In this document: piece by piece, positions 19,986 through 29,704 of the stretch
Numbering within the stretch: position 1 is the first letter of the stretch
Layout: the number at the start of each line of letters is the position of its first letter
Source of the DNA: an uncultured Spirochaetota bacterium
GTDB lineage: Bacteria; Spirochaetota; Spirochaetia; SZUA-6; Fen-1364
NCBI GenBank assembly: GCA_963734545.1
Contig: CAVTHO010000003.1
Span: 224,001-288,000, forward strand
Direction of reading: 5' to 3'
DNA: 64,000 bases
Notes under the pieces: generated by a model
What the model was told of the DNA's origin: nothing
Database searches by the model: none
The model's input: the letters and a program-made list of their open reading frames with translations, nothing else
Translations under genes and position numbers: made by a program

Positions 19986-20001
19986 CCTACCGTTCGGTAG
20001 G
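19986..20001. promoter_or_regulatory. Probable TetR autoregulatory operator
   Basis: Palindrome CCTACCG-TT-CGGTAGG 14 nt upstream of the TetR ATG. Confidence 0.6.
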
Positions 20002-20089
20002 AACATATCACGGGGCGGTCCCCCTGTCAAGCTGCGCTTGCCGGAGGCGGCGCAATTGCCCATGATAAGGGGGAGGAGACAGGCCGAAG

Positions 20090-20470
20090 ATGATTGCCCA
20101 CGTCGCATTTCTGGTGAGAGACTACGATGAGGCCGTCACCTGGTTCACGGAGAAACTGGGCTTTACGCTTGTCGAGGACACGGTGACGGGCGCGGGCAAG
20201 CGCTGGGTTCTTGTCGCGCCGCCCGGCGCTTCCGGCACCTCGCTTCTCCTTGCCCGGGCAGCGACCGAAGAACAGGTGCGCCTCGTAGGAAATCAATCCG
20301 CCGGCCGCGTGTTCCTTTTCCTTCGCACGGAGGACTTCCCGCGTGAATACGCACGCATGCGCGCGCGGGGGGTCGTGTTTCTGGAGAACCCGCGTGCAGA
20401 AGCCTATGGCACCGTGGCGGTTTTTCAGGACCTCTACGGCAACAAGTGGGACCTGCTGGGCCCGAAATAG
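20090..20470 (+). CDS. VOC/glyoxalase-family protein
   Basis: IAHVAFLVRDYDEA, KRWVLVAPPG, YGTVAVFQDLYGNKWDL. Confidence 0.9.
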   Translation: MIAHVAFLVRDYDEAVTWFTEKLGFTLVEDTVTGAGKRWVLVAPPGASGTSLLLARAATEEQVRLVGNQSAGRVFLFLRTEDFPREYARMRARGVVFLENPRAEAYGTVAVFQDLYGNKWDLLGPK

Positions 20471-20549
20471 CGCAGGGCGCCGCGTGCAGCGCCTGTCGTG
20501 CGCGCCGGGCCGCGGCTGTCCCGACAAGGAACGCCGTGGCCCGCGCTGT

Positions 20550-22241
20550 TTACCTCAGACCCGCCGTCACCAGATCTATGGCCTGCCTCGGGAGGTAGAC
20601 CTTGTCCAGCTTCTCTGCAAGAACCACGATCCCCTCCAGGGGAATGGTTTTGTCATTCATGATGAGGAGGTTCTTGGACAGCGGAAGGGTGGCCCGCGCG
20701 GAGCCCTTCCGAACCACGAGAACCGGGTTCGCGGGGTCTGTCCGGTCGAGTGACGTCTCGAAACCCGCGGCCGAGAAACCCGCGGCCGCTTCCACGAACA
20801 GCCGCGCATTGAGATCATCGAAATTGAATCCCAGCGCCGCGGCCACGTGTCGTCCGACTTCAGTGTTCTGAACCAGCCCCGTGGGCCGCCCGGGTCCGTA
20901 CGCGAACAGGAATACATCGACACCGGTGTGCCCGCCCGTGGTCCACCCGATACGGGCCCGCTTCGAGAGTATCGGACCCACAACGCCGCTCATGGCACCC
21001 TTGGCCGCCGCGGCATCCTGGATGGCTTTGAGCTCCGGGGCGGACAGGTCTTCGATGCCGCACTCCTCGGCGATCACCGTCCTGATCCGCGGCTCGGAAG
21101 AGTCGCCCGCGAGGACCTTCTCAATTCCTTCGCCGGTCAATTTCACCCTGCGCATGGGTACCACGAGGGAGTCGTCGTCCGTCTGGGAATAGTTCTTGTC
21201 CTCTTTCGTGCCAACGGAAATGCCGCCCGTTCCATGGTCCGCCACCACGATGACGAGGGTATTCCTGTCCCTCCTTGCGAAATCGAGGGCGACACGTACC
21301 GCATCATCGAACGCCAGCAGATCGTACACCTCGCCTGCCGGGTCGTTCGCATGGGCGGCCCAGTCCACCTTGGATCCCTCCACGAAGAGGAAGAAGCCCC
21401 TGTCTTTTCCTTTTTCTCCCGCGGAGAGGAGCTCGATTGCCTTTGCGGTCATTTCGGAAAGAGACGGCTCCCGGGGGGCCAGCCGGGCCCGGTCCCGCTC
21501 GAAGGCCATTGCATCAGGCGCGAATCCCCCCCAGACGCGCCCGGAAGAGACAGATGTCAGCTCGTCCCGTGTGGTGATGTACGTGTAGCCGTTCGCCTTC
21601 AGCACGTCCAGCAGGTTCTCCCCGTCGGTCCTCTTCCCGCCGCTCACTTCTTTCGGAATGAGGTATTGAGACCCTCCCGACAGCACGACATCCATGCCTT
21701 GATAGACCTGCTGTTCTCCGAGCTCATTGTAATTGTTCCGATCCTGCCAATGGGAGGAGAATGCGGCCGGTGTTGCGTGCTGAACGTTGGAGGTGGCAAT
21801 CAGTCCGACCGCGCGTCCGGTGAGCTTCGCGCCTTCCAGCAGCGTCGCAAGAGGGACATATTTGTCTGTGAGGTCGGACCTTGCGGCGTCTATCGTCACG
21901 TTCCACGGCCCGACTGAAATCCCCTTGTCCGATCCCTTGTGCCCGGTTGCATAGGCAGTTGCGCCCGGGGCGGAGTCCGTGATGATCGAGTCCGCGCCAT
22001 AGGTCCTCACTGCCCCGGTGAGGATCGTGTCCACCGCCAGGGGGGCCCCTTTCACCCAGCGGACCGCTGCCCACGCTTCGGGCCCGGTCCCGTCGGTGAG
22101 AAGGAAGATGACATTCTTGACCTTTTGCGCGGCCGCCGGGCTGTCCCTGTCACTCCCCGCCTGAGGAGCAGTGGCACAGCTCCCCAGAAGAAGGGTCATG
22201 ACGACGAACAGCGCGATGAAACCGATATTCCGCTTCTTCAT
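20550..22241 (-). CDS. Alkaline phosphatase lipoprotein
   Basis: Lipobox LLGSC; NVIFLLTDG, catalytic TDSAPGATA, HATPAAF, EGSKVDWAAH, ADHGTGG, GHTGVD. Confidence 0.93.
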   Translation of the reverse strand: MKKRNIGFIALFVVMTLLLGSCATAPQAGSDRDSPAAAQKVKNVIFLLTDGTGPEAWAAVRWVKGAPLAVDTILTGAVRTYGADSIITDSAPGATAYATGHKGSDKGISVGPWNVTIDAARSDLTDKYVPLATLLEGAKLTGRAVGLIATSNVQHATPAAFSSHWQDRNNYNELGEQQVYQGMDVVLSGGSQYLIPKEVSGGKRTDGENLLDVLKANGYTYITTRDELTSVSSGRVWGGFAPDAMAFERDRARLAPREPSLSEMTAKAIELLSAGEKGKDRGFFLFVEGSKVDWAAHANDPAGEVYDLLAFDDAVRVALDFARRDRNTLVIVVADHGTGGISVGTKEDKNYSQTDDDSLVVPMRRVKLTGEGIEKVLAGDSSEPRIRTVIAEECGIEDLSAPELKAIQDAAAAKGAMSGVVGPILSKRARIGWTTGGHTGVDVFLFAYGPGRPTGLVQNTEVGRHVAAALGFNFDDLNARLFVEAAAGFSAAGFETSLDRTDPANPVLVVRKGSARATLPLSKNLLIMNDKTIPLEGIVVLAEKLDKVYLPRQAIDLVTAGLR

Positions 22242-22358
22242 GGATACCTCCTTCTCAATGAGACGTTATGAGGAAGATCGTATCATCCGCCGCGCGGGAC
22301 GTCAAACTTTTTCCATACCGGGCCGGGGAATCTCAGCGCGCATGAATTGCCGGCCGTC

Positions 22359-23078
22359 TCACGGGAGCGCCCGGCGCATGCGATAAGCGTTCATCGCCGT
22401 GGCGCCGAGCCTGTCCGTGAATCGGTAGTTCACGACGGCTCCCACGGCCGCGCCGATCCCCGGCACGAGCTGGAGGAGCTTGGCGACATCGATCGAGTCC
22501 CGGTACTCCTGCTGGAATGTGCGCCAGTCGAAATCGGCGATGGTGAAGCCGACGCGCTGTTTCCCGCTTTCCCGATCCGACAGGAGAGCGAACACCTCTC
22601 TCCGATGCGCCGGGTGGGAGAATGCGAGCTCGAATACGCGCAGGATGAAGATCCGCTCGCTCTGCTCATCCACGTCACAGCCGTAAAGCGATGCGATCTC
22701 GAACAGCATTTTGATCTTCAGCGTCAGCCACAGAGAGAAATCGGCAAGACCGAGGAGGATTCCGCCCCCTCCGGTCACGGCGCCTTCCGCGGCGGCCGCC
22801 GTCCGATAGAACTCGATCCTCCTGCGCACCCTGAGCTCCCGCTCCTCCAGGTCGGCACTCTCGAGCCGCTCGGCGGTGGTGATGCCGGCGCCCGTGAGCA
22901 CGGCGCGCGTCATTTCCCTGACAGCGGCCGTGATGACCTGGTGCACCTTGTCGGGAATTGCCCGGTTGATGCGAAGCTGCAGCCTCCTGATCAGCAGGCT
23001 TCCGAATGAGGGCGCGCGCTGCATCCGCCGCTTCCATGATTCGAGTTCTTCCCCGGCCGCCTGCTCATAGGACGTCAT
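22359..23078 (-). CDS. EcsC-family protein
   Basis: EGAVTGGGGILLGLADF, FDWRTFQQEYRDSIDVAKLLQLVPGIGA. Confidence 0.85.
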   Translation of the reverse strand: MTSYEQAAGEELESWKRRMQRAPSFGSLLIRRLQLRINRAIPDKVHQVITAAVREMTRAVLTGAGITTAERLESADLEERELRVRRRIEFYRTAAAAEGAVTGGGGILLGLADFSLWLTLKIKMLFEIASLYGCDVDEQSERIFILRVFELAFSHPAHRREVFALLSDRESGKQRVGFTIADFDWRTFQQEYRDSIDVAKLLQLVPGIGAAVGAVVNYRFTDRLGATAMNAYRMRRALP

Positions 23079-23144
23079 TTCATTGACGATTGTGCAACCG
23101 CGGCGGGCGCAAGGTGAAGCCGCGCCTGCAGGCTCCCCTTTCGC

Positions 23145-25427
23145 CTATTCGATTTCCAGAATGAAAAGAGCGTGGTGACCCTCTTTGTCGTCATTCCATT
23201 TCAATGGGTTTCGAAGGTATCGATTTCTGCTGTCCTGCCAGATCAGGGCATAATCCTCAACGCCACCGGCATTGTCAGGCTGATTCACATCCCAATAGGT
23301 AAAATCCGATTTCTCGCCCGTTACCCACTTCCACCCCCGATTCTCATCGGTAAATCCGATCCAGATGTCATCCAGAATGTTTTTCGGTTTTATCGCCTGC
23401 ATCAATGCCTTGTTTTCGGAATCCGAAGTGATGGTGACGAGATGCCCGCCGTTTTTTGCACAGAGGGAAAAGGCGTCTTTCCATGCGAGGCTGCTTTTCG
23501 AAAGGAAGTATTGATGCCCTTCGAAAGCGGCCAGAAAAACAAACTGATCTTCCGGCAATTTGATTTTCTGTATGGGTTCAACAAGCGGCGCACTGCCGGC
23601 CGCCGCGGCTGCCGGGGCTGGAGGTATGAGATCATTCTCCGCGAAGGTGAAAGAGCCAACTTCAGTTTTCCGCAGGTCATTGAAGATATTCGCGTTGCCC
23701 GTCGACTTCTCCCGCGAAGAAGAGCTTGTTGTCGTCCACCCGTATGCTCTCCAGAGCCTCGTGGGCCCCAGGTCGCCAAGACGGCTCTTGATCAAGGCGA
23801 ATGGAACGGCTATTTCAACGGAAGACCCTTTCATGACATATTGTTCCATAATTTCTATTGTCCGAAAGACTGTCTTCTCCCAGACACCAATGAGAACTTG
23901 CCACTTATAGGGGTGACGATCCCAATGCAGTATCCCCACGGAAACATTGTGTTGGCTCTCGCCGGTGTCTATGCTGATGCCGTAGAACGGATTGCCAGGG
24001 TTTTCACTGAAATTGTGAGCATGAAGAAAGGAGCTTGGAGTTTTGTCCGCAATATCAAGCTTGATGCAGAAGCTTTCTGCATCGACAGCCACGCATACCT
24101 TGCTGATGCTCATTTTGTCTGTCGCATCCTGAGAGCCGACTGCTACGGGAGGGACATTCCCCCAATCATCGAAATTCCCATCGATCTTGATCGACGCTTT
24201 GGGCAATGGGGCCCCATTCAGCAGGCTTGAGGGCGGCAGCGTGTTCTTCGCGGCCGCAACAGAAGGAGTCTGACCGGCTTCCGTAGGGAGGTTCTTCGAA
24301 ACCGCTTTTGCGGAACGGCTGAATTCCACGGCTGATGTTTTTCCCATCTTGATCGCGACGGTCTGAGCTGCTTTTTCGCCATCCTCATAGAGCATGACCA
24401 TTTCATGAGGCCCCGCAGCGAGGTTTTCTATTGTCGCGAAAGACCCCACGGGAACCTGCCCCTGCGAGATCCCATCCAGGAACAGCGTCCCGATTGCGTC
24501 GGTCTCCACGGTGGCCGTTCCATATGCCTTTGACACCTTCACTTTGGGGGAGAGCCCTTCTTCACCGGAGGGGTTCTTCGCCGCCAATGCGTGACCGCCA
24601 TCGCTCCTCAGAAACAAGAGGAAGCTCGATCCTTCCTGGTGACCTGAATCTTTCAGGTCCCCGAACAGAGGGGTGGTTTTTGTCACGCCCAGCCGAATCT
24701 GGTTGTAGAGCATGAGCGGGTCCAGATAGGGAGAAGTGTTCCCCTCGAGGGCAAGCTTGAGCTGGCGGATGAAGGGGGACTCGTCGGGAACGGACTCGGA
24801 GGATCCTGAAGTGAGCACCTGCCGCGAGATTCTGGCATATGCATTCTTGAAATACTCGTTTGTGATCGCAGGGGCCATCCCGCGAGTCGGATTCAGGAAA
24901 TCTCCCGAGAAACACGCATCAGCGATCAGCGCGACATGACGGGCCTTCATGTTGCCGATGAACCCTCGAATCTGTGCGTTGGGAAGCCAGTTCGCCTGCG
25001 CGTAGACGTCCGTGCCTCCATCGACAGGGATCCAGAAGCCGGTATTGGACGTTCTGTCCAGCTGCCCGTGTCCCGCGTAGAATATCAGGATGGAATCTTC
25101 AGGCCGCGTGTCTTTGATCAGCCTGTCAAAAAGCTTGATGATGCCGGCTTTTGTCGCCGCTCCGTCATAGAGTTCCATGAAGTCGCTGACGTAGTATCTT
25201 CGGAAAAGGATGTCCTTGATTTCTTTCGCATCCTTGACGGGATTCCGAAGGGCCATCCACGAATCATACTTGTCGATGGCGATCAGCACCGCATACTGCC
25301 TCCCCACAACCGCCGTTTCGCCTTCGAGCTGGCTCACCACGGTTTTCAGGCCGCGAAGATCCGTGTTTTGAGCGAAGAGGGGGAGAGCCAGGAGCGGAAG
25401 GAAGACAAGGGAAAACGATTTTTTCAT
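23145..25427 (-). CDS. Secreted caspase-family (C14) peptidase with PEGA-like, putative carbohydrate-binding and C-type lectin domains
   Basis: Signal peptide; YAGHG and DACFSG His-Cys dyad; IKIDGNFDDW; GGHLVTITS, WIGFTD, QPDN and WND lectin motifs. Confidence 0.85.
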   Translation of the reverse strand: MKKSFSLVFLPLLALPLFAQNTDLRGLKTVVSQLEGETAVVGRQYAVLIAIDKYDSWMALRNPVKDAKEIKDILFRRYYVSDFMELYDGAATKAGIIKLFDRLIKDTRPEDSILIFYAGHGQLDRTSNTGFWIPVDGGTDVYAQANWLPNAQIRGFIGNMKARHVALIADACFSGDFLNPTRGMAPAITNEYFKNAYARISRQVLTSGSSESVPDESPFIRQLKLALEGNTSPYLDPLMLYNQIRLGVTKTTPLFGDLKDSGHQEGSSFLLFLRSDGGHALAAKNPSGEEGLSPKVKVSKAYGTATVETDAIGTLFLDGISQGQVPVGSFATIENLAAGPHEMVMLYEDGEKAAQTVAIKMGKTSAVEFSRSAKAVSKNLPTEAGQTPSVAAAKNTLPPSSLLNGAPLPKASIKIDGNFDDWGNVPPVAVGSQDATDKMSISKVCVAVDAESFCIKLDIADKTPSSFLHAHNFSENPGNPFYGISIDTGESQHNVSVGILHWDRHPYKWQVLIGVWEKTVFRTIEIMEQYVMKGSSVEIAVPFALIKSRLGDLGPTRLWRAYGWTTTSSSSREKSTGNANIFNDLRKTEVGSFTFAENDLIPPAPAAAAAGSAPLVEPIQKIKLPEDQFVFLAAFEGHQYFLSKSSLAWKDAFSLCAKNGGHLVTITSDSENKALMQAIKPKNILDDIWIGFTDENRGWKWVTGEKSDFTYWDVNQPDNAGGVEDYALIWQDSRNRYLRNPLKWNDDKEGHHALFILEIE

Positions 25428-25604
25428 GGTCGAGCCCCTGCGGCACGAGAGGTGCCCTCAGAATTCCGTGCGGTCTGGTTTTATATTCCTGTTTCAGTTG
25501 CCATGCTATTGGCACAAACAACTATTGTCAATGGTTCGCGTGCCGATCGCACCCTTCATGGAATCGTGGACCGGCGCGCTCACCAGAGCACCGTCTCCGG
25601 GCGC

Positions 25605-26606
25605 CTAGAGGTCGGTCACGCCCTTCACGGCAGCCTCGATCTTTTCGATCACCGGGGGCGTCAGCCGGGGCAGCAGATCCATGGCTTTCATGTTCTCTTT
25701 CACCTGCTCGGGCCTGCTCGCGCCGGTGATGACGGTGCTCACATTCGGGTTGTGCGCGCACCAGGCGAGGGCGAGCTGCGCCGTTGTGGCCTTCAGCTCG
25801 TCCGCGATGGGCTGCAGCTTCTTGACGGCCTCGACCAGCGACGGGAGGTAGTCTTTGGCGCCCCCGCCCTTCTGGAGAGGGTCGGCGCGTAGTCCTTCGT
25901 ACCCGGGGAGGGCCAGGCGCGAGTCCTTCGGGACACCGGCGTTGTATTTGCCCGTCAACACGCCGGCGGCCAGCGGGCTCCAGATCGTGAGCCCCAGCCC
26001 GATGCCGGAGTAAAGCCGGGAGTACTGTCGTTCCACTTTGCGCCGCACGAACAGGTTGTACTGGGGCTGTTCCATCTGGGGCTTGTGCAGGTGGTGCTTT
26101 TCCGCGATGCCCCACGCCTCCATGATCTGATCCGCGTTCCACTCCGAGGTGCCCCAGTACAGCGCCTTTCCGGACTCCACCATCATGTGCATGGACCAGA
26201 CCGTCTCTTCGATGGGTGTCTCCGGGTCCGGCCGGTGGCAGAACACCAGGTCGATGTAATCGAGGCCGAACCTCTTGAGTGCGCCGTCGATTCCCTCGCG
26301 CAGCTTCTTGCGGTTGAGCGTGAAACGCTCATTCACCCCGTCGAACATCCCGAAGAAGATCTTGGTGGACACCACGTAGCTTGCGCGCCGCCATCCCAGC
26401 TTGCGCAGGGCGCCGCCCATGACCTCTTCCGACTTGCCCGCCTCGTACGCCTCCGCATTATCGAAAAAGTTCACCCCGGCGTCCCATGCCGCCTTCATGC
26501 AGGCGGCGGCCGCGTCCACGTCGATCTGCTTCCCGTAGGTGACCCACGAGCCGTAGGAAAGGACACTCACCTTGAGACCCGCGCTCCCCAGTCGGCGATA
26601 CTCCAT
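25605..26606 (-). CDS. Aldo/keto reductase (Kv-beta-like)
   Basis: [46 protein letters not shown]. Confidence 0.93.
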   Translation of the reverse strand: MEYRRLGSAGLKVSVLSYGSWVTYGKQIDVDAAAACMKAAWDAGVNFFDNAEAYEAGKSEEVMGGALRKLGWRRASYVVSTKIFFGMFDGVNERFTLNRKKLREGIDGALKRFGLDYIDLVFCHRPDPETPIEETVWSMHMMVESGKALYWGTSEWNADQIMEAWGIAEKHHLHKPQMEQPQYNLFVRRKVERQYSRLYSGIGLGLTIWSPLAAGVLTGKYNAGVPKDSRLALPGYEGLRADPLQKGGGAKDYLPSLVEAVKKLQPIADELKATTAQLALAWCAHNPNVSTVITGASRPEQVKENMKAMDLLPRLTPPVIEKIEAAVKGVTDL

Positions 26607-26712
26607 CTTATTTCCTCCTCACCTTCTCACCAGAATGTATTTCTCCCGTTCGGCATTGAAAAGGGAAAAATGGATGGGATGGACGATCACGCGCCGCGGC
26701 CCCTGCGGCCGG

Positions 26713-27714
26713 TCAGGCGCGGCCCACCGCCCTTTTGCGCTTCTGATAGCCGATTTCGAGGAGAACGCCCATGCCGCCGGGGATGAGCGTGAGCAGGATG
26801 CCTCCGAGGATCCCTTCGCCCGCGCCCTCTGGCGAGTCCGGAAATGCAAGACCGATGACAAGGAGGATCCAGAAACAGGCACACGCGGCAAGGAGAAGCC
26901 GGGAGACAACGGCCATCCATACGGGTGCCTTGCCTCGGACCGGGGCACCAGTATGAGGCGCCAGCCCGGAGGGCGGAGCAACGCGCGCTGCAGGGCCGGT
27001 CGTGTCCGCTCCGGTCCTGCCCGTCCAGCGCAGGAGCGAAGCTGCCCGGCCCTTCCTCAGCTCGACGATTCCGAAGCCGGAAACACCGACGATGAGGGGA
27101 AGCAGCAGGAGCGCGAGGGCATTGCCTGACTGCGCGAACGTGTCATAGAGGCCATGGAAGAACCAGACAAGGGCGAATCCCTTCAGGATGAGGAGCGCCC
27201 GTGTCCTGTCGTCAGCCGCGAATTTCGCCCGGCCGACATACATGCCGAGTATGATTCCCGCGAAGACGTGCAGCGGAATGGAGGTGAAAGCCCTGAGCAC
27301 ACCGGTGCCGATCCCGTTCTGCGCGACATACAGGATGTTCTCGAGCAATGCAAAGCCGATGGCGCTCGATCCGACGTAGACGATCCCGTCGTTCTCCTCG
27401 TTGAACTGGGCATTCTGCCAGACGAACAGAAGAACGACGCCGAGCTTGCAGAGCTCTTCCACCGGCGCGATCTGGATGAAAGACGACGCAGCGGCGCCGA
27501 GCAGCCCCGGGGCATGGAACAGGAATACGCCGTCCAGGGCCTTTTCGACGAGGGCAGCGACGATGCTGCCTGCCGCTCCGAGCGCGATGACGCGCAGCAC
27601 GAGCCCGAGTGGTTCAGGCTCCTGCCGGTCCATGCGCAGAATCACGAGCAGGAAGACGAGCGCGGGGGCTGCAGACACGGCGAAGACCGCGATCGGGTAT
27701 ATCACGGCGAGCAT
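26713..27714 (-). CDS. PrsW-family intramembrane glutamic protease
   Basis: DRQEPEP, APVEELCK, GFALLEN, PLH and HGLYD motifs. Confidence 0.88.
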   Translation of the reverse strand: MLAVIYPIAVFAVSAAPALVFLLVILRMDRQEPEPLGLVLRVIALGAAGSIVAALVEKALDGVFLFHAPGLLGAAASSFIQIAPVEELCKLGVVLLFVWQNAQFNEENDGIVYVGSSAIGFALLENILYVAQNGIGTGVLRAFTSIPLHVFAGIILGMYVGRAKFAADDRTRALLILKGFALVWFFHGLYDTFAQSGNALALLLLPLIVGVSGFGIVELRKGRAASLLRWTGRTGADTTGPAARVAPPSGLAPHTGAPVRGKAPVWMAVVSRLLLAACACFWILLVIGLAFPDSPEGAGEGILGGILLTLIPGGMGVLLEIGYQKRKRAVGRA

Positions 27715-27790
27715 TATAGCCGAGGCGATTCCCGGTGCAAGGCGTGTCGGAGGAGATTTCCGCCTGAGATGCGCGTTCCCGCCGCACGGC

Positions 27791-28102
27791 TCAGTCAGGC
27801 AGGGTCGGCGGCGGGGATGACTGACCGCGCGCGCCGGAGGTGAATCTCCGGATTGCTCTCTCACGGGCGCGGGCTGCTTCGATTTCGCGATTGTGAGGCA
27901 CGGCGCTGGTGGCGAGCGACATCAACAATATCCGGACGGCCGAGGCAACCGCGTCAACGGCGCGGTCAAAGGCTGGTTCATTGACTTTCGAAGGCGTGGT
28001 GAATCCCGAGATCTTTCTCACGAATTGCAGAGCGGCGCCCTGGATCTCCGGTTCCGTGGCGGGTGGATCGAAATTGTACAGGGTCTTGATGTTTCGGCAC
28101 AC
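27791..28102 (-). CDS. DUF2277-family protein
   Basis: CRNIKTLYNFDPPATEPEIQGAALQFVRKISG; GAGGAGG RBS before GTG. Confidence 0.85.
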   Translation of the reverse strand: MCRNIKTLYNFDPPATEPEIQGAALQFVRKISGFTTPSKVNEPAFDRAVDAVASAVRILLMSLATSAVPHNREIEAARARERAIRRFTSGARGQSSPPPTLPD

Positions 28103-28229
28103 GTGCAAAGCCCTCCTCGCATTCTGATATACCGCTCACGCGCGCAGTCGGCAATCGATGAATCCGGGAGGACCGGGCCTGGCAATTCCGCGCTTGATAG
28201 AAACGTCGAATAGTTATTCAAATAAAGCC

Positions 28230-29666
28230 ATGAAGACTCTTGGAATCGGACCCACCATCAGGAAACGTTCGACGCATCCCTACATCGGTCATGAGCCGGT
28301 TTCCACGCCTGAGCAGTCGCGCGAGGCGGTTGCGCTTCTGAACAAGGGGCGGGAGAACGGCCGGGCGGAGGCGGTGGAGGTCACGTACTGGTTCGAGGTG
28401 GTGCACGACGGAAAGCCGATGGCGGGCCTGGTGAACGCGGCCAGGATGGTGCTCGAGCACGGAACGCTCAAGCCGTGGCACCAGGAGGGGGATTCCGCCG
28501 TCCGCAAGCCGGATGGCTACGACGACTACATGAGCTGGGCCACCGACGTGCGCCTGCTGGGCTGGAACGGGACGGAGGGCATGGAGAGCGGGCTGGTGTC
28601 GATTGCCTATCCGTTGAGGTTTTTCGATACAAGGGACGACGGCGGGGTTCCCCTTGCGCCGCTGTTCATGGCCATGGCGAGCGAGCCGTTCTCGGCGTTC
28701 TCCTTCACGCAAGGGGCGCGCATCGTGGACGTCGCATTTCCGCCTGCCCTGCTCGCGCGCTTCCCCCGGCGGCCCTGGCCCCATTCACGAGTCCGCGAGT
28801 ACCTGGGGCTGCAGGCCGATGAGCCTGTCATCGGGACCATCGTGAAGCCCAAGACAGGGCTTACCCCCGAGCTGTTCTCCCGTTCGGTCGTGGAGGCCGC
28901 GCGCGCGGGTGCCCGTTTCACAAAGGCGGACGAGAACATGCATCTCACCCTCGCCGATGTTCCCCGGTTCGTCGGGCGCGTGGTGAAGGACCTCGAAGCG
29001 GCTGGATTCGACCTGGGAAAGTCCGCGTCCCACGGACGGCGGAGGTTCCTCTTCGCGCCTCACATCACGGCGGATGCCGACCGGATGCGCGACTATGCGC
29101 GGGCCGCGGTGGAAGCAGGGGCGAACGCGCTCATGTTCTCCCCCTACTACGGAGGCGGTTTCCCTCTCATGGCCGAAATCGTCGCGACGCACGACGTTCC
29201 CGTCTACGCGCACACGGCGGGCATGAACGTCGCCACGGGCTGCGCGACGTGGGGGCTGGACCCGCGCGTCACCTACTCCCTGGCCGCCCTGTACGGCGCC
29301 GCCTTCATGCAGCTCACCACAATGGGCGGCTACCTCAAGCCGGATGACACGGAGAAAGGGGTTGTTCTGGCCAAGCTGAAGGCTTTGGGGCTGGAGGGCG
29401 ATGCCGGAATGACGCTGGCCATTGCCGGAGGCCTGGGGCCGTCGAATATCGGGCGGAGCATGGAGCTCCTCGGCAGGGAGGGCCGGATGTTCCTGGCAGG
29501 CACGTCGGTCTACAGCCACCCGGACGGTCCTGCCGCAGGCGTGCGGGCGATCATCGCTGCCTATGCGGCATACACGAAAGAAGGGATCACCGACCCCGCG
29601 CAGCTCAGGCAATACGCGGCCGGGCGCGGGGCCGAGGGCAGGGATCTGATGCGGGCGCTGGGATGA
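28230..29666 (+). CDS. RuBisCO-like protein (form IV RLP), divergent
   Basis: GTIVKPKTGL, FTKADEN (K-x-D-E), VYAH, IAGGL, YSHPDGPAAGVRA; several carboxylase residues substituted. Confidence 0.88.
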   Translation: MKTLGIGPTIRKRSTHPYIGHEPVSTPEQSREAVALLNKGRENGRAEAVEVTYWFEVVHDGKPMAGLVNAARMVLEHGTLKPWHQEGDSAVRKPDGYDDYMSWATDVRLLGWNGTEGMESGLVSIAYPLRFFDTRDDGGVPLAPLFMAMASEPFSAFSFTQGARIVDVAFPPALLARFPRRPWPHSRVREYLGLQADEPVIGTIVKPKTGLTPELFSRSVVEAARAGARFTKADENMHLTLADVPRFVGRVVKDLEAAGFDLGKSASHGRRRFLFAPHITADADRMRDYARAAVEAGANALMFSPYYGGGFPLMAEIVATHDVPVYAHTAGMNVATGCATWGLDPRVTYSLAALYGAAFMQLTTMGGYLKPDDTEKGVVLAKLKALGLEGDAGMTLAIAGGLGPSNIGRSMELLGREGRMFLAGTSVYSHPDGPAAGVRAIIAAYAAYTKEGITDPAQLRQYAAGRGAEGRDLMRALG

Positions 29667-29704
29667 GCGGACGCCCGGGAACGCCTGAAAAGAGAGAAAG
29701 GCGC

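Noticed and set aside
25499-25525. sigma54 promoter at TTGGCAC upstream of the caspase gene
   Set aside because: No TGC at the -12 spacing and wrong orientation; only a short TGCCA-N6-TGGCA inverted repeat remains
28230-29666. True CO2-fixing RuBisCO
   Set aside because: Apparent loss of the K334, R295, H327 and N123 equivalents; no small subunit or phosphoribulokinase nearby
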